Origin: Tubiluchus corallicola
Taxonomy: Eukaryota > Animalia > Priapulida
Assembly (NCBI GenBank): GCA_030141605.1
Contig: JAQGDQ010001165.1
Coordinates: 1 to 57,870, forward strand
Direction: 5' to 3'
DNA length: 57,870 nucleotides
Shown piece after piece: positions 25,116 through 57,870 of this stretch. Positions within the stretch are counted from its first letter, which is position 1. The number at the start of each line of letters is the position of its first letter. Under the pieces are notes generated by a model. The model ran no database searches. It was not told where the DNA came from and saw nothing but the letters and a program-made list of their open reading frames with translations. Both the position numbers and the translations under genes were made by a program.

Positions 25116-25386
25116 GCTGTGAATCATCATTATACCTCCTCTTTCTTTTGATTTTAAGGGTGCAATAGCTTCTGTTAATTCAACGATAGTTTTAGTAGAT
25201 GGCGATACAAACTCTGTTAACAGTGCCAGTAATAGAAAGTGTCAACGTAGGCTGTGAATCATCATTATACCTCCTCTTTCTTTTGATTTTAAGGGTGCAA
25301 TAGCTTCTGTTAATTCAATGATAGTTTTAGTAGATGGCGACACAAACTCTGTTAACAGTGCCAATAACAGCAAGTGCCAACGTAGG
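25116..25386. repeat. 135-bp direct tandem duplication
   Basis: GCTGTGAATCATCATTATACCTCC... starts at 25116 and again at 25251, near identical. Confidence 0.9.
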
Positions 25387-25694
25387 ATAATTACTAAATT
25401 AATAATTATTACCAATTAGTGAACAAATATTATCTGGTAACAATATTAATTAATTTATTTAGTTGTATTATCTGATACAGACTACATACAATTAATAGTA
25501 ATTAATTATGCAATTGTTTACCAGCAAAGATGCAAGTATTAACACCAAAAATTCTAAATACAAATATAATGATGCCTCGTGTCATAATAAAAACGAAAAA
25601 TGAAGTGTGAACGAACTTTTATGCTAGAAAATATTTATGAAAAGTTAAGCATGATTCTGTGTAAATAAATTTTCTTTACACAAATACTTTCAAC

Positions 25695-26086
25695 AATACG
25701 CCTTTTCACAGTTTTGTTTTAACGCACAGTTGCAGCAAAAGTCAAAGGTTAAGTGTACCACAGCAAAGCGTCTTAATTACAACCGTCATGTGACATACGG
25801 GTAAAGTAAATCCATCTGCCACATTAGTTCAGTAACTTCAATTGTTTTAACATAGGCTTTACTTAATTATGAGTTAGTCTGTGCGTAGAGTGATTTATTG
25901 GCACGAACTTGTTTGGGAACAAGAGAAAATGAACCAGGTGAGATTTCTAGTTATTAAAACTGTTACTATTACAATAGCATGGGCTACGAGGCATTGTAAA
26001 GTGTACACAAAGGTGTAGTTAGGTACACTTGACCTTTGACCTTCTCATGATCATCATCAATCACAGGAACTGTGAAAAGGCTTATT
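25695..26086. mobile_element. MITE with ~19-bp TIR AATAAGCCTTTTCACAGTT
   Basis: AATACGCCTTTTCACAGTT ... AACTGTGAAAAGGCTTATT; internal AGTCTGTGCGTAGAGTGATTTA shared with copies near 31940, 39747 and 53926. Confidence 0.75.
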
Positions 26087-27618
26087 ATTGTGCTTTCTTA
26101 CTGGATGTATCACTAACAAGAGACAGAAATCAAACAATTGCAAAATCAAATGAACTATGAATTTTATAACAGTGCGATCATGAAATTACTAATTAAGGTA
26201 ACAAAGATGTCAAAGCAGCTGTTGATAAGTAACAAGTAATAAGTAATACGTGCTTTAAATTTAGTGCTGCTAGAGCTGATTTTCAGCGGACAAACATTCC
26301 CAAATGTAAAATATAGAGGACAGTTTACAAACGTTCACGAAAAACAGAAAACACGACAGATCACTTGAAAGTTGACGGCATAGTGACAACTTTGATAAGA
26401 AAAGTATATCGCATGTAGATTGAGATCTTTAATGTAGCATTTCACAGTACAAAAAAATGAAAAACAAGAGTTACCTATGCATCTAAATAAATCAGAAAAG
26501 CTATTATTGTACATTTATCACTTTAGCATTGCTAATAATGTGCGAATCTCACACAGACATGAGTAAAACTGTTCTCTCTAAATAAGGAAAAACAAGCTGC
26601 AAGAGGAGCATCACCAACATTACATGAAATTTTATTTTACAGTTTTACTTCCAATTTGTTGTATTTCCAGTCGGTTGTCTCCAGAGCCCACGATTAATCA
26701 CAGCAACTGTTATTATGCCAAGTTGCAGTTTTAAGAACTTTACAACAAGTGGTCGGTAGCTGTCTATAATAACACTTAGTGTTTTATGATTTTTAATTTT
26801 ATATTAGTGTTCTTATTGTCCAAGAAAATAATCATCATTAAATTGAATTTATCTGGATTGAACGGAAACATTATGCCAATACAAGATGACATTAACGTAC
26901 AATGGTTGTTTTTGAAATGTGTCACTATCGCTGCCAGTCTGGAAATGTGACATTATATCATTCAGCTCTACCTGGAAATTTTCAGAATGATCCTATTCAA
27001 AATGGGGAGTTTTATGATGCTAGCGTACGCGTGTTGCAACTGCGAAGTTTTACTGTAGATCTAGCTTGTCTGCAGAAGTTGATGCAGAATATGTTCCTAG
27101 TATCATTCTGTTACCGTCTTTTCAAAACAGCAAGTACACAGCATTTTTTCAAGGGAGATCCAAGAAGAAGAACACGGTGTAGATGGCGAACTACCGAAAC
27201 CAAAAATGCGTAAATGAGCAAATATGCAGGTAATCAAATTACTGGTAATTACGTTAGCCACATCACCAGGAATAAAGTACCGACAATAAACACCATACAT
27301 TTAAGACGCTGACATGCATTCAACTTCAGTTGAATGTTACCCAACTCCGTAACCGAAGCCAATTCTAAAATAACAATGTTGGATTGTAGTTAAACAAGTG
27401 GAAACTATTATTTAACAATGGTAATCAATCAATGGCATTTCCTATGATAACAGCATAAATGTGCAGACTTTACCAGCAGACAAAAAGTAAGGTAATTCAA
27501 CTGCAGCAAGTTGAACCATGCCAAACATACGACTTCACCTGAGTATCTATACAGCTGTGCAACTAGAGTTGAGTACGCTATAGTGAGTGCTCCTGCACCA
27601 AACACTAGATTACTGATC

Positions 27619-27953
27619 GGGTGGGCTATACTGCTGATTTCAAGTAATCGCGATTACTGATTACTTTTCGTTAGTAATCGATTACTGAGATCGTGCGTCT
27701 GCATTGCTTCAAAGCAGAGCTGGCCAAACCAAACTTCATGCTAAGGCTTAACTGAAATCACTGAAGGTGGAGCTACGATCTATGTGTTTGAAAATGCTTA
27801 CATTCACGATTTACACGTGTTGAAAATTATTTCAATTTCATTGTTTTTTGCATTTCAAATTGTTATAAATTCGTTAATAAAAAAGTAATCGATTAGTATT
27901 CGATTACTTAGCAAAGTAAGTAATCTAATTACTAGTAGTCAATTACGCCCACT
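27619..27953. mobile_element. Degenerate MITE-like element with multiple AGTAATCGATTACT palindromes
   Basis: GGTGGGC / GCCCACT ends with clustered TAATC/GATTA motifs near both ends. Confidence 0.35.
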
Positions 27954-28458
27954 AAACACATTAAAATTTGGTACTTTTTCAAGATGAAAATTAACCACGA
28001 ATAACAAAAAAGAAAATCGTTTAAAAACAAAATGGTAATTTTTTTTTTAACTCGTGATCAGATCTCACAAACACTTGTGCAGTAACATTCTATTATGCAT
28101 TTTCAGTCGTAGATGCGAGGCGTTCTGCTCCATTGCAGGAAATCATGTTAGTTTAATGCCTCATTACTCCATCAAATTAAAACGTGCAAATGGAAATTAT
28201 CTATTAAGTGTTGCCTGTGGAAAATCAATCGCTGGACGAGTCGTCGACTGGCCAAGTGTAAATAATTTCCTATCAGCAGGATAACAGCAGTTAAACGTGT
28301 GCGGCGTCCCACTAAGAATAAATTTATTTATCTCGACAGACCCGTCGTCAGGCACCCATCTCAAGTATCACCGGTACTAATCGCGACACGTTCATTTGTT
28401 TTATCACCAATATCGCTTAATCACTAAGTGGATGCGTCATCCAGCGGTGGTCACTCTA

Positions 28459-56564
<28,106 letters not shown>

Positions 56565-56689
56565 CTACAAAAAAATGACAGAAATTTCATCATTTCAACA
56601 ATATTGATGCATAGAATTGGAAAAATGCAAAGACAATATGAATATATAATATATACTACAACACGAACAAGGCAGTCAGTTTTGGAAAA

Positions 56690-56696
56690 TAATGAT

Positions 56697-56770
<74 letters not shown>

Positions 56771-57197
56771 TAATAATAATGATGATGATAATGATAATTA
56801 TAATGATAATAATAATAACAATAATAATAATGATGATGATAATGATAATTATAATGATAATAATAATAATAAAAATAATAATAATAATAATTTATTGAAC
56901 ATTGTTAATGCATTTTAAATGATGATAGAAAGCATCTTACAAATAAAAAATAATCAAAATTACTAAAAAAAATTAATTCGTAAGATATTTAAGACAACGG
57001 CACACTGATTGATTAAAAGCACATTAAATATGACAAAAAAGGAAAACTAATAAAATCACTGAAAATTTAGTAAAATAATAAAAGCAATGCCATTAAACAT
57101 ACACAATCGTAAAAAATACAAGATTAGCTCAATCACAGAAGGCTTCATTGAAATAGTCAGTTTTCAGACTATTTTTAAAATTATCAATTGAACTTGA
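56690..57197 (-). mobile_element. 3' end of an L2-clade-like LINE with (TTA)n tail
   Basis: Minus strand 57197-57129 translates SSSIDNFKNSLKTDYFNEAFCD*, matching the FK..LKT..F..AF C-terminus typical of L2/CR1-group ORF2. It is followed by an AT-rich 3'UTR, AATAAA at 56891-56896 and the long (TTA)n tract 56690-56890. Confidence 0.65.
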
Positions 57198-57618
57198 TCA
57201 GGTGTAACTGTAGGGGCAGCCATGATGTAAAATGATGTAAAAATGATGTAAAAGAGAATAAAAATCCTTAGTATCATATACATATTATTTATTTTGTAAG
57301 TAAGTGTTACATTTCAATCATACATTAATTAAACATTACAATCTTTACATCAATAAAATTGATTAGTATTAAACAGTATAACATTAGTTTTGTTGAATAT
57401 TATACATTTGCTACAACATTTAGCTAATTAATTAACAAGTATAGTAACACTTCTTTCACTTCATCGACAGAAAAGCTTCTAATCACCATTAAGTGGCCAA
57501 AAAAGCTCGTAATACAAAAAGTCAATTCCATTAACACTAGCAGTATTTATAAACCTTGTTGAATATATGATTACACGATTCTTGCCCATTCTCGTTACGG
57601 TTGTATAGGTTTTACATG

Positions 57619-57870
57619 TCAAATGTAGACGTGCGTTAACTCAAATGTAGGTTTTGGTAATTCAAATGTGTCTTGGTAACTCAAATGTAGACGTGAGTTA
57701 ACTCAAATGTAGATTTTGGTAATTCAAATGTGTCTTGGTAACTCAAATGTAGACTTAGGTAGTTCAAATGTGTTAACAATGGTTTTCAACAAATCTTAAG
57801 CGTTTTTGGTAAGTCAAATGTAGACACATGTCAAGTCAAATGTGACATTGGTATCTCAAATGTGGATAGG
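57619..57870. repeat. Degenerate ~20-bp TCAAATGT tandem repeat with 62-bp higher-order unit (runs off window end)
   Basis: TCAAATGTAGAC at 57619, 57681 and 57743, with 22+21+19-nt subunits. Confidence 0.8.

Overview
AT-rich, intron-rich animal (invertebrate-like) genomic DNA with four spliced protein-coding genes. (1) The last ten coding exons of the NatA auxiliary subunit NAA15/16 (+, 1842-16289; 5' part lies outside the window). (2) An intron-containing replacement histone H3.3 (-, 19166-19761). (3) A three-coding-exon methionine-R-sulfoxide reductase MSRB1/SelR (+, 21832-23781) that the ORF track misses. It has an in-frame TGA at codon 95 in the RF-U-IFS active-site motif and a canonical type II SECIS in a separate 3'-UTR exon (24778-24850), so it is a predicted selenoprotein. 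(4) Thirteen coding exons of a SEC14L1/real-time-like PRELI + CRAL-TRIO + GOLD protein (-, 28459-56564; N-terminus outside the window). Introns carry hAT-, piggyBac-, Kolobok-, pogo- and Harbinger-like MITEs, LINE 3' tails, a full-length 5S-rRNA-headed SINE with target-site duplication, a minimal hammerhead ribozyme motif and many young tandem repeats. Several repeats are amplified from transposon ends, and one from an exon/splice-donor junction. All calls come from manual reading and translation; no database searches or folding programs were run.
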